Made by a program: the position numbers and the translations under genes
Source of the DNA: an uncultured bacterium
GTDB lineage: Bacteria; Zixibacteria; MSB-5A5; UBA10806
Reading direction: 5' to 3'
Assembly: GCA_965541585.1 (NCBI GenBank)
Contig: CBEUCH010000001.1
Coordinates: forward strand, 320,001-384,000
Length of the DNA stretch: 64,000 nucleotides
Shown: piece by piece, positions 30,456 to 38,893 of the stretch
How the letters are laid out: each line of letters opens with the position of its first letter
How positions within the stretch are numbered: position 1 is the first letter of the stretch
The notes under the pieces: model-generated
Databases searched by the model: none
Told to the model about the DNA's origin: nothing
The model's input: the letters and a program-made list of their open reading frames with translations, nothing else

Positions 30456-30704
30456 GGATTCCTCCTTTCAGAGGGGTTTTAATTTAGTTACAACGAACTA
30501 ATAATCAACCAGATACATTCTTTCCCGTGCATCTTCTTTCAAAATAATAAATAATTTTCATTTTGCCACCATAAAATGGCGAAATGGCAATTTTTTTTTA
30601 CTTTTTTTCAGCCCTGAATGTGCCCTCAATTTTAGCTTGACTCGGGCGTATTTCCTTCTAATATATAATGTGTCAAAGAGTTAGGGAGAGAAAAGGGGAG
30701 AATT

Positions 30705-31430
30705 CTGTCGAAAATAAGTGGGAAATTCGCCAAGACATACGATAAATTCGTGAAGCGCGGGCTTTTGCTTCCGGAAGGCCTCCCCGAACTGGTTGATTCG
30801 ACCGCCGCCAGGGAGATCCTCGAGATCGGATCGGGGACAGGGTCTGTCGCTATCGGACTTAGCCTGGCCGGCTATAATGTCACGGGAATAGATATCTCCC
30901 CGGATATGCTGAGGGTGGCGCAGTCCAAGGCCCAAGAATATGGCGCCGATACGAGATTCCTGGACGGTGATATTGTAAAGGTCAGGCTGGATCGACAATT
31001 CGACCTTTTGATCTGTCTGGGTAATACGCTCGCCTTAATTGTGGGATCAGGCGAATCAAGAATGCTATTCAATAACTGTATCAGGCATCTCCGGCCCGGC
31101 GGCAAAGCAATATTCCAGGTGCTGAACTATGATCGAATTCTCAAGGAAAGGCCGACCACCTTTGCAGTCGATTGTCAGGGCGATCTTATGAGGATAAAGC
31201 AATACCGTTATGGTTCAAAGCTTCTGGATTTTGTAGTCACGCTAATTGATAATTCGAAAATTCCCCCGGTCGTAACGACTTCAGAAAGAAAACTCAGGCC
31301 CTGGACCAAAAGGGAGATTTCCGCCGGCCTGATGAACGCCGGATTCAAGAAAGTAAGTGCTTATAAGGACTATAACCGGGGGAGGTTTAGTCTGCATTCA
31401 AAAGACCTGGTAATTGTTGCGAAATCCTGA
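30705..31430 (+). CDS. Class I SAM-dependent methyltransferase
   Basis: ILEIGSGTG, GIDISPDML, FDLLICLGNT. Frame is open upstream of GTG 30750 (SKISGKFAKTYDKF), so the start is tentatively CTG 30705 after GGGGAG. Confidence 0.85.
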   Translation: MSKISGKFAKTYDKFVKRGLLLPEGLPELVDSTAAREILEIGSGTGSVAIGLSLAGYNVTGIDISPDMLRVAQSKAQEYGADTRFLDGDIVKVRLDRQFDLLICLGNTLALIVGSGESRMLFNNCIRHLRPGGKAIFQVLNYDRILKERPTTFAVDCQGDLMRIKQYRYGSKLLDFVVTLIDNSKIPPVVTTSERKLRPWTKREISAGLMNAGFKKVSAYKDYNRGRFSLHSKDLVIVAKS

Positions 31431-31444
31431 AAGAAGGAGGGAAG

Positions 31445-32728
31445 GTGAAAGGGAAATCGTCAATGATATTCTCGGCTGCGGTTATCGCGGGTTTGCTTAT
31501 CGCATGGGGAGATATGGCATCTGCGGAAAAATGCGTCGAATGTCACAAGAGAAAGAATCCGTCTCTTGTCAAGCACTGGCAGGATTCGAGGCACGCCGAA
31601 AATGAAATAGGATGTATTGATTGCCATGTCGCGGAAAAGGGGGAACCCGATGCGTTCGAGCATTATGGTTCTATGATCGCCGTTATTGTGTCGCCGAAGG
31701 ATTGCGGCAGTTGTCATGAGACCGAGGAGAGAGAAAACAGCACCTCGCGGCATGCGCACGGGGCGGAGTTTATCGGCTCCCTCGATAATTTCCTGGGCGA
31801 GATTGTGGAGGGGGCGGCGGCGGCCACCTCGGGATGCAGGCAGTGCCATGGTTCCGAAGTCAGAGTTCTGGAAAACGGCAAGTTAGATCCGGCCACCTGG
31901 CCAAATACCGGAATCGGCAGGATTAACCCTGATGGTTCGAGGGGTTCATGCTCGGCGTGTCACCTGCGGCATTCGTTCTCCGCGGCCCAGGCCCGGCGTC
32001 CTGAAAATTGCGGTCGCTGCCACATGGGGCCGGATCACCCCCAGATTGAGATTTTCAACGAATCCAAGCATGGCATTAAATTTTATTCCTCAGAGGATGA
32101 GATGAACCTCGATTCCGATCAATGGGTCCTGGGGGTTGATTACAGCGCGGCGCCGACCTGTGCCACCTGTCATATGTCGGCCACCCGGAAACAGCCCGTT
32201 AACCATAACGTGGGTGGACGGATTTCATGGACACTTCGCCCGATAATCTCGACCAAGCTGGAGAACTGGGAATCGAAACGGGCAAATATGAAAGATGTCT
32301 GCAACAGCTGCCACGGCCCGGAATGGGTTAATAACTTTTTCATGCAATTCGATGATGCGGTTGAATTATACAACGTGAAATTTGCCTCTCCTGCAAAGTC
32401 CATTATGGAAGATCTGAGGGTTGCCGGCAAGATCACAAAATCGCCCTTCGACGATAAGATTGAATGGACTTTTTTTGAGCTCTGGCATCATGAAGGACGT
32501 CGAGCCAGGCACGGAGCCGCAATGATGGGACCGGACTTCACCCAGTGGCACGGATTCTATGAGGTAGCCAAGCATTTCTATTTCGAGTTTATCCCTGAGG
32601 CCGAGAAACTTCTCCCCGGTGTTTCTCAAAAGTACCTTGAAAATGAGATGCATCAATGGCTCAAGGGATTGTCGCCGGACCAGATAAAACAGCAAATCGA
32701 GTTTTACAGGAAACGTTACGGAGAATGA
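31445..32728 (+). CDS. Octaheme cytochrome c, hydroxylamine oxidoreductase-like (epsilon-Hao type)
   Basis: Signal peptide; 8 CxxCH motifs (CVECH, CIDCH, CGSCH, CRQCH, CSACH, CGRCH, CATCH, CNSCH); GPDHPQ, WHHEGRRARHGAAMMGPDF. Confidence 0.88.
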   Translation: MKGKSSMIFSAAVIAGLLIAWGDMASAEKCVECHKRKNPSLVKHWQDSRHAENEIGCIDCHVAEKGEPDAFEHYGSMIAVIVSPKDCGSCHETEERENSTSRHAHGAEFIGSLDNFLGEIVEGAAAATSGCRQCHGSEVRVLENGKLDPATWPNTGIGRINPDGSRGSCSACHLRHSFSAAQARRPENCGRCHMGPDHPQIEIFNESKHGIKFYSSEDEMNLDSDQWVLGVDYSAAPTCATCHMSATRKQPVNHNVGGRISWTLRPIISTKLENWESKRANMKDVCNSCHGPEWVNNFFMQFDDAVELYNVKFASPAKSIMEDLRVAGKITKSPFDDKIEWTFFELWHHEGRRARHGAAMMGPDFTQWHGFYEVAKHFYFEFIPEAEKLLPGVSQKYLENEMHQWLKGLSPDQIKQQIEFYRKRYGE

Positions 32729-32792
32729 CGTCAGTCATTTTCAGATTTTTATTATTGACTGCCGGGGCAGATGACTTATCTTAAGACCGTGT

Positions 32793-32867
32793 GGCGCTAT
32801 CGTCTAGGGGTCAGGACAGGTGGTTCTCAGCCATCAGACCGGGGTTCGATTCCCCGTAGCGCTACCA
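32793..32867 (+). tRNA. tRNA-Glu (anticodon CTC), CCA encoded
   Basis: GGCGCTA/TAGCGCT acceptor stem, loop TT-CTC-AG, GGTTCGATTCC, 3' ACCA. Confidence 0.96.
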
Positions 32868-32893
32868 GACTTATGACCCCGATAAATAAGTAC

Positions 32894-32922
32894 TTGACAG
32901 GGGATTCTCAATATCGTAAACT
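32894..32922 (+). promoter_or_regulatory. Sigma70-like promoter downstream of tRNA-Glu
   Basis: TTGACA-N17-TAAACT. Confidence 0.55.
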
Positions 32923-33440
32923 CCCTTCAGGATCAAAGATATTGCGCTTGTGCCTTATTTGCGATATTTTGCGGCAATGTACTAGTGATGTAATATGCTG
33001 CACTCCATTAGTGCGGAGGCTGATTTAGTTTGGTAATAGTGGCCCATCAAAGGTTGGGCTCATGACGGGCTGGATTCTCAAGTGAGTTCAGCGATAATGA
33101 GAAGGAAACAGAATTCAAGATTGGAATAATAAAGTTGCTCATACTAAATATATAATGAGCTTCCGGCGAATATTTCCGGGATGATTTTGGAAACTACCCA
33201 AAAAATCTGCTAACGTGAAACATAATGGACGCCGATATCGTTATATAGAGCGCGCTATGTTGTGGCTGGCAAAATACTGAAGGAGGTTACGGGAAAAGAC
33301 AATCATTTTTTAAGACAATTATTGCAACGGATTCTCTAGTTTGAAGGTGTCTCCATTATGACAGATAGAATCGCTATCTTGCGTCGACCTTTAAAGGAAG
33401 CATAATCAAACGGGGAAAAAATTAGTTCAAAGAGGTTAAG

Positions 33441-33746
33441 ATGCAAGTAAGCAAACTTTATGTTGGAAATCTCAGTTATTCAGTGACTAATGATCAGCTG
33501 GAAGAACTGTTTTCCAATCACGGAGAAGTCAAGGAAGTTAGAATAATCGAAGGCAAGGGCTTCGGATTTGTAGAGATGTCCGATGTCGCGGATGCTGAAA
33601 AGGCCAAAGAAGCCCTTGACGGCTCCGATTTTGAAGGCCGCACCATAAAAGTCGATGAGGCGCGCCCACCCAGGGAGAGAGGCGATCGCCCGCCGAGAGG
33701 CGGCCAGCGCGGAGGCTATCAAAGGGGAGGATATAGCCGCTATTAG
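33441..33746 (+). CDS. RRM RNA-binding protein with Gly/Arg-rich tail
   Basis: RNP2 LYVGNL, RNP1 KGFGFVEM, RGG tail. Confidence 0.95.
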   Translation: MQVSKLYVGNLSYSVTNDQLEELFSNHGEVKEVRIIEGKGFGFVEMSDVADAEKAKEALDGSDFEGRTIKVDEARPPRERGDRPPRGGQRGGYQRGGYSRY

Positions 33747-33820
33747 CATAGCGAGGGAGTAATTCAGATACGGTAATGTATCTGAAGTATTGTTCAGCCA
33801 GACACCTCATATAGCAGATA

Positions 33821-33855
33821 AGAGGGAAAGCTATTTCAGAGCTTTCCCTCTTTTT
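33821..33855 (+). terminator. Intrinsic terminator after the RRM gene
   Basis: AGAGGGAAAGCT...AGCTTTCCCTCT followed by TTTT. Confidence 0.85.
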
Positions 33856-34068
33856 GTTTGGTTTCAGAGCTTCCCCGACTATTTAAGGTCTGAATTATGA
33901 TCTGATTTTGCGGCCTTCCGGAAAGGCAAATTATAGGAGTCCCCATTCGTCCTTGAAATTATGCAGAAGGAAAAACGGCATTTATCCCCCATGAGAAAAA
34001 TCTGTGATCATTTTTGTAAGCTGGACAGGTGAGATGCGGCAGTCGACCTGATTCGAGGGGTCTCGGCC

Positions 34069-36429
34069 TCAAACGCACTGTTCTGTCCGATGGATTATCT
34101 CGTTTTGCAGAGCTACGCCCAGATTTACGAAGTAATCGCTGTAACCAGCCACGCGGACTATCAGGTCGCGATGTCTCTCCGGTTCGCGCTGGGCCTCGCG
34201 CAAGATCTCCGCGCTTACGACGTTAAACTGAATATGATGGCCGTCCATGCGAAAATATGAGCGAATGAGGTGAACCAGCTTATCAATCCCGACCTCGCTT
34301 TCAAGCAACTGGGGTGTAAACTTCTGGTTTAGCAGCGTCCCGCCGGTTCTCAGATGGTCTATCCTGGCCGCAGACTTTAGAACAGCGGTTGGCCCGCGGC
34401 GATCAGCGCCCTGGACAGGTGAGATCCCCTCGGAAAGAGGCAGGCCTCGCTTACGCCCATCGGGAGTGGCACCGACTACGCTGCCGAAATAGACGTGGCT
34501 GGTGGTCGGGAGCAGATTAATGCGAAAATGCCCCCCTTTGGTGTTCGGACGACCATCGACAGATAGGAAAAAGCTCTCGAACACCTGCCGCAGGATATCA
34601 TCGGCGTAGTCATCATCATTACCATACTTAGGAGTTCCTTCAAGGAGCTTATGACGTAGTTCCCCGGCGTCCTCGAAATCTGTATTCATTGCATTCACCA
34701 ACTCCGGAAGAGGCAGGGTTTGTTTATCGAATACATGATATTTGATGGCCGTGAGAGAATCGGTAATGGTGCCGATTCCAACTCCCTGGATGTAGGACGT
34801 ATTGTACCTGGCCCCTTCACCATTGTAATCCCTGCCGTTCTGAATACAGTCATCGATCAGGATAGACATAAAGGGAGCCGGAAGATACTTGGCCCAGAGC
34901 CGTTCAATGATCCTGTTGCCTCTGATCTTAATGTCGATGAAGTGCTTTAATTGTCTTTCATAAGCGGCGTAGAGTTCTTCAAAAGTCGCAAACGAAGGTG
35001 GATCGCCGCTTTCATCCCCAATCCGTTTGCCGGTTCGGGGGTCCACACCGTTATGAAGCGCGATTTCCAAGACCTTGACGAGATTGAAGTAGCCGGTCAG
35101 GATATAGCTCTCCTTGCCAAATGCGCCGGTCTCCACACAGCCGCTGGCGCCACCGTTTCTGGCGTCCTCGATGGACTTTCCCTGCCTCACCAGTTCCTGT
35201 ACGATGGCTTCCGTGTTGAAGAGCGAGGGCTGACCGAACCCGGTCTTTATTATCTTAAGAGCACGTTTTAAGAGTCTGTTCGGGCTTTTCTTGCTGACCT
35301 GTAACATTGAACCCGGCTGCACAATGCGCATTTCCTCGATGACGTCCAGGATCAGATAAGTCAGATCGTTGCTGGCATCCTCGCCGGATTGAGTAACACC
35401 GCCGAGATTGATGAGGCAAAAGTCGGTGTAGGTGGCGCTTTCCTGAGCTGTCACGCCTACTTTCGGCGGCGCCGGCTGGTTGTTGAACTTAATCCAGAAT
35501 GCCTGCAAGAGTTCACGGGCTTGTTCCTCAGTGAGATTGCCTGTTTCCAGGCCGCGTTTGTAAAATGGCCAGAGATGTTGATCCAGTCTCCCGGGATTGA
35601 AGGAATCCCAGGTGTTTAGCTCTGTTATGACACCAATATGAACGAACCAGTAGTATTGCAGCGCCTCCCAGAACGTCTCCGGGGCGTATTCCGGCACGCG
35701 TGCGCAGATTTGCGCCATTCTCTCCAGTTCCTGCCTACGTTTGAGATCCGATTCCTTGTCGGCCATCGATCTCAGCCTTTCTGCATATCGCCCGGCAAAA
35801 TCAATCAGGGCTTCAGCGGCGATAGCCATGGCCCGGAGCTCCTCTCTCTTATCGAAGGCCTCCGAATCGGTGTAGTAATCGAGAACGACAATACGTTGAT
35901 CGATGGAGCGCCTGAAATCCACCATCCCCTGATTGTATATTTTATTATCCAGGACGGTATGACCGGGAGCCCGCTGCTCCAGAAACTCGGTGAATATGCC
36001 CGCCTCGTAGGCAGCCTTCCAGTCATCGTCCACTTCGTTGAAAATCCTGTCTCGAATGGATCGGCCGCTCCAGAACGGTATGATAATGTCGCTCTGTATC
36101 CGGCGTTCGGCATCTCCCACTTTGAAGGGGACCTTCTCCCGCGAGTCCAGAATGTCGAAATCCTCGAGCGAATGAGTGCAGATCTCCGGGTAGGTAGGCG
36201 TAGCCTTCGGCGCCGGACCTCGCTCGCCGACGATAAGTTCCCCGTCATTAATGCATAGTTCCTTGTTCTGGAGAATATATTTAAGCGCCATAGCCCGGGC
36301 TACCGGTACCGACACCCGCTCGGCAACGCCCTTTTTGTAGAACTCCGTTAGCAGGGTGGCTCGCTCAAGCGAAATGGCGGGAACGGCGTTTAGGCTCTGT
36401 TCCCGCAATTTGTGTATCCTGTCATTCAC
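34069..36429 (-). CDS. hypD: Glycyl radical enzyme, trans-4-hydroxy-L-proline dehydratase-like
   Basis: EQRAPGHTV, NTWDSF, NNQPAPPKVG..ESATYTDF, SGCVE, LPTT, RVAGY; motif set as recalled for C. difficile HypD. Confidence 0.85.
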   Translation of the reverse strand: MNDRIHKLREQSLNAVPAISLERATLLTEFYKKGVAERVSVPVARAMALKYILQNKELCINDGELIVGERGPAPKATPTYPEICTHSLEDFDILDSREKVPFKVGDAERRIQSDIIIPFWSGRSIRDRIFNEVDDDWKAAYEAGIFTEFLEQRAPGHTVLDNKIYNQGMVDFRRSIDQRIVVLDYYTDSEAFDKREELRAMAIAAEALIDFAGRYAERLRSMADKESDLKRRQELERMAQICARVPEYAPETFWEALQYYWFVHIGVITELNTWDSFNPGRLDQHLWPFYKRGLETGNLTEEQARELLQAFWIKFNNQPAPPKVGVTAQESATYTDFCLINLGGVTQSGEDASNDLTYLILDVIEEMRIVQPGSMLQVSKKSPNRLLKRALKIIKTGFGQPSLFNTEAIVQELVRQGKSIEDARNGGASGCVETGAFGKESYILTGYFNLVKVLEIALHNGVDPRTGKRIGDESGDPPSFATFEELYAAYERQLKHFIDIKIRGNRIIERLWAKYLPAPFMSILIDDCIQNGRDYNGEGARYNTSYIQGVGIGTITDSLTAIKYHVFDKQTLPLPELVNAMNTDFEDAGELRHKLLEGTPKYGNDDDYADDILRQVFESFFLSVDGRPNTKGGHFRINLLPTTSHVYFGSVVGATPDGRKRGLPLSEGISPVQGADRRGPTAVLKSAARIDHLRTGGTLLNQKFTPQLLESEVGIDKLVHLIRSYFRMDGHHIQFNVVSAEILREAQREPERHRDLIVRVAGYSDYFVNLGVALQNEIIHRTEQCV

Positions 36430-36435
36430 AACCGT

Positions 36436-37263
36436 TCAGCCTCCAATAGATACCTGGTAACCGTGCGACTCCAGCATTTTTCCGGCCTGACGAACCTCCT
36501 CTGTTGGCATAGTCTGCCAGCGGCGACGAGGATGCCCCATCTCAAAACGCTCCATTTTATCCTCCCCCAGCTTATTATAGGGGAGAAGGCTTATACGATG
36601 AACATTTGGAAGGTTTGAAAGAAATAATGCAATAGCCTCAAGGTTGTCCCTGGTGTCGGTGATGTCGGGAATCAGCGGGACACGCACAATTACTTTGTCA
36701 GCTCGTTCGGTCAGACGGGCCAGGTTGGAGAGTATTCGCCGGTTCGATACCCCAACATATCTCTTGTGATCTGTTTTATCAATAAGCTTGAGATCATACA
36801 AAAACAGATCGACAAGATCATATATCTGCTCGAAATCCTCCCAATCAGCATACCCCGATGTATCCACAGCGGTATGGATGCCCAGATGATGACAGCCATC
36901 CAACAAGGCTTTTAGGAATTCCACCTGCATCAACGGTTCCCCGCCGGAGATGGTCACGCCACCGCCCGACTGATCGTAGAAAATCCGGTCTTTGACGATC
37001 TCTCCGACCAATTCCTCGACCGTCACGGTGCAGCCGATTGTCGTGTTCTTCGTCCGAGAATCAGCATGAGCTCCGCGCCAGAAGCGAACCTGCTTTGATT
37101 CCGGTTCGGGATTACGGCTCTCGGGATTGTGGCACCACCAGCAGTCAAGCGGACAGCCTTTGAAGAAAACGGTTGTACGGATACCGGGGCCGTCATGGAT
37201 GGCGAATTTCTTGATGTCGAAAATGATTCCTGTCTTTGCCATGCGGCTCTCCATAATAACCAA
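36436..37263 (-). CDS. Glycyl-radical enzyme activating protein (radical SAM)
   Basis: HDGPGIRTTVFFKGCPLDCWWCHNPES, GGVTISGGEP. Confidence 0.93.
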   Translation of the reverse strand: MVIMESRMAKTGIIFDIKKFAIHDGPGIRTTVFFKGCPLDCWWCHNPESRNPEPESKQVRFWRGAHADSRTKNTTIGCTVTVEELVGEIVKDRIFYDQSGGGVTISGGEPLMQVEFLKALLDGCHHLGIHTAVDTSGYADWEDFEQIYDLVDLFLYDLKLIDKTDHKRYVGVSNRRILSNLARLTERADKVIVRVPLIPDITDTRDNLEAIALFLSNLPNVHRISLLPYNKLGEDKMERFEMGHPRRRWQTMPTEEVRQAGKMLESHGYQVSIGG

Positions 37264-37726
37264 CTGGATGCGACCCGCCTGTTAAAGGCGCTAATCTGAA
37301 TATACGCTTTTAGCCGGGAAGAATCAACTTGTCAGTCGGGGCGGCCGGTGATTCTTAGCCCGGTAAGATTGGATGGTCTATGCATCCTTGCCGGGGAGAT
37401 CGCAGGAGCAAGCCTCCAATGATGATAAAAACCATGACTCCGCAAAATACCGCAATAAGAACTGAGCCGGATCGCAGACGTATACCTTTTAAGGCCATAG
37501 CTGTAATAAGAGTCGCCGCCAATGGCATCATCTCACAGGCAGGCGAGACGCCACAAAGCATGCTGTGCCATAGGACATTTATGGGCGCATGACATACGCA
37601 GTGTGGAAGGAAGCGACAACGCACACTTCCATAAGACGACTTTCGCGTCATTCTACAACAGGTTTTCAATAGAAGTAAGAGGTTTTTGGGATATGCTTAA
37701 AAAATCAATGCGGGGAAATCGAATTT

Positions 37727-38209
37727 TTATACAAACGATTTCAATATCTCCCTCTGCAACCCGACCAATTCCGAATTCGCCTCGCTGATTTCATCGATCT
37801 TCTGCTGGAGCTTCTTGAGGAGATTTTGCCTTTCCATGCCGTTACGAAGGATAATCAGGAGATCATCGTTATCCCACGGTTTTTCGAGGTATTGAAACAG
37901 GCCCACTTCGTTGATGGCCTTGATTGCGTTTTCCTTATCGGCGTAACCGGTGAGAATTATGCGTGGGACGTCCGGTCGTATCTCCCTGACTTTAGCCAGG
38001 AAGCTGATACCGTCCATTTCCGGCATAAGATAGTCGGAAATTACGATATCAATATCGTTTTTCTTTATGAATTCAAGCGCCGCTTCGGCGGATGTGAAAG
38101 TTTCGATTTTGAGACTCGTCTCGAGATTCAGAAATGACCTTAAGCTGGTCAGAACCATTTCCTCGTCATCGACCAGCACAATTGTTGAATTCGATTGAAC
38201 GACTGACAC
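37727..38209 (-). CDS. Response regulator (receiver plus coiled coil, no DNA-binding domain)
   Basis: LVDDE, ISDYLMPEMDG, LTGYAD, KPW. Confidence 0.92.
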   Translation of the reverse strand: MSVVQSNSTIVLVDDEEMVLTSLRSFLNLETSLKIETFTSAEAALEFIKKNDIDIVISDYLMPEMDGISFLAKVREIRPDVPRIILTGYADKENAIKAINEVGLFQYLEKPWDNDDLLIILRNGMERQNLLKKLQQKIDEISEANSELVGLQREILKSFV

Positions 38210-38370
38210 TTTTCTCTCCTGTTTTAAATCTACTATCCCTCAGGCAAGTTGCAATGCCTGGAAAATAACCGGGACTGCAGACGCCTGGCTTTTTCTACGG
38301 CGACAATGATCATGCTCTCCGGGCATGGTTCCCGTCGTTTCCGAACGCCCGGATTGTATACGGAACCACT

Positions 38371-38820
38371 CTAAGAACTGTTTCGATCTACCGGTCTTGA
38401 TCCCACTCTCTCCAGAAGACTTCTCAAGCGTTTGACCAGCGTTTTCATAACTCCTTGCGTGATTCGGACGTTATCTCCCAGCAGGTCAATGAAATCTTCT
38501 TTCTGGATTCGCAGTAGCTGACTATCCTCCATAGCCGTTGCCGTAACGACCCTCGGGTCATCATCGAATAATGCCCACGTTCCAAAAATGTCTTTGTGGG
38601 TGCCGATCATAACATCGGAACCGTCTCGAATCAGCCTGATCCTGCCATCAATGATCATATACATACAATCCGATATGTCTCCTTCCTTAAAGATTACATT
38701 GCCCTTTTCAAATTCTATTTCCTCGGTAATGGCGGCGATTTGAGCCAGGTCTTCGGTCGATGTGAATCCGAATATATCAACATCCTGCAGAAACAACACT
38801 TTTTCTATCGTGGTCAGCAT
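38371..38820 (-). CDS. Stand-alone cyclic nucleotide-binding domain protein
   Basis: EKVLFLQDVDIF, IFKEGD...MYMIIDG, FGTWALFDDDPRVVTA. Confidence 0.88.
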   Translation of the reverse strand: MLTTIEKVLFLQDVDIFGFTSTEDLAQIAAITEEIEFEKGNVIFKEGDISDCMYMIIDGRIRLIRDGSDVMIGTHKDIFGTWALFDDDPRVVTATAMEDSQLLRIQKEDFIDLLGDNVRITQGVMKTLVKRLRSLLERVGSRPVDRNSS

Positions 38821-38893
38821 TGAATCAGACTATTCCGAAATTCGGTCTCGGGATTGCTATCTATCCAATTTCCTGGTTTTGAAGTCATTTTCA

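Noticed and set aside
32793..34000. Genomic island integrated at tRNA-Glu (or at tRNA-Gln, 18154)
   Set aside because: No integrase and no duplicated tRNA 3' end seen in the window
35638..36258. Long antisense ORFs in the track (for example 35638..36258, 45240..45884, 7316..7834, 11956..12459)
   Set aside because: Shadows of well-supported genes on the opposite strand, with no motifs
34069..36429. Pyruvate formate-lyase
   Set aside because: Single-Cys SGCVE active loop instead of the PFL Cys-Cys pair; motifs match HypD
37355..37669. 104-aa minus-strand ORF with a hydrophobic C-terminus
   Set aside because: No recognisable motif or clear RBS; a small membrane protein cannot be excluded but is unsupported
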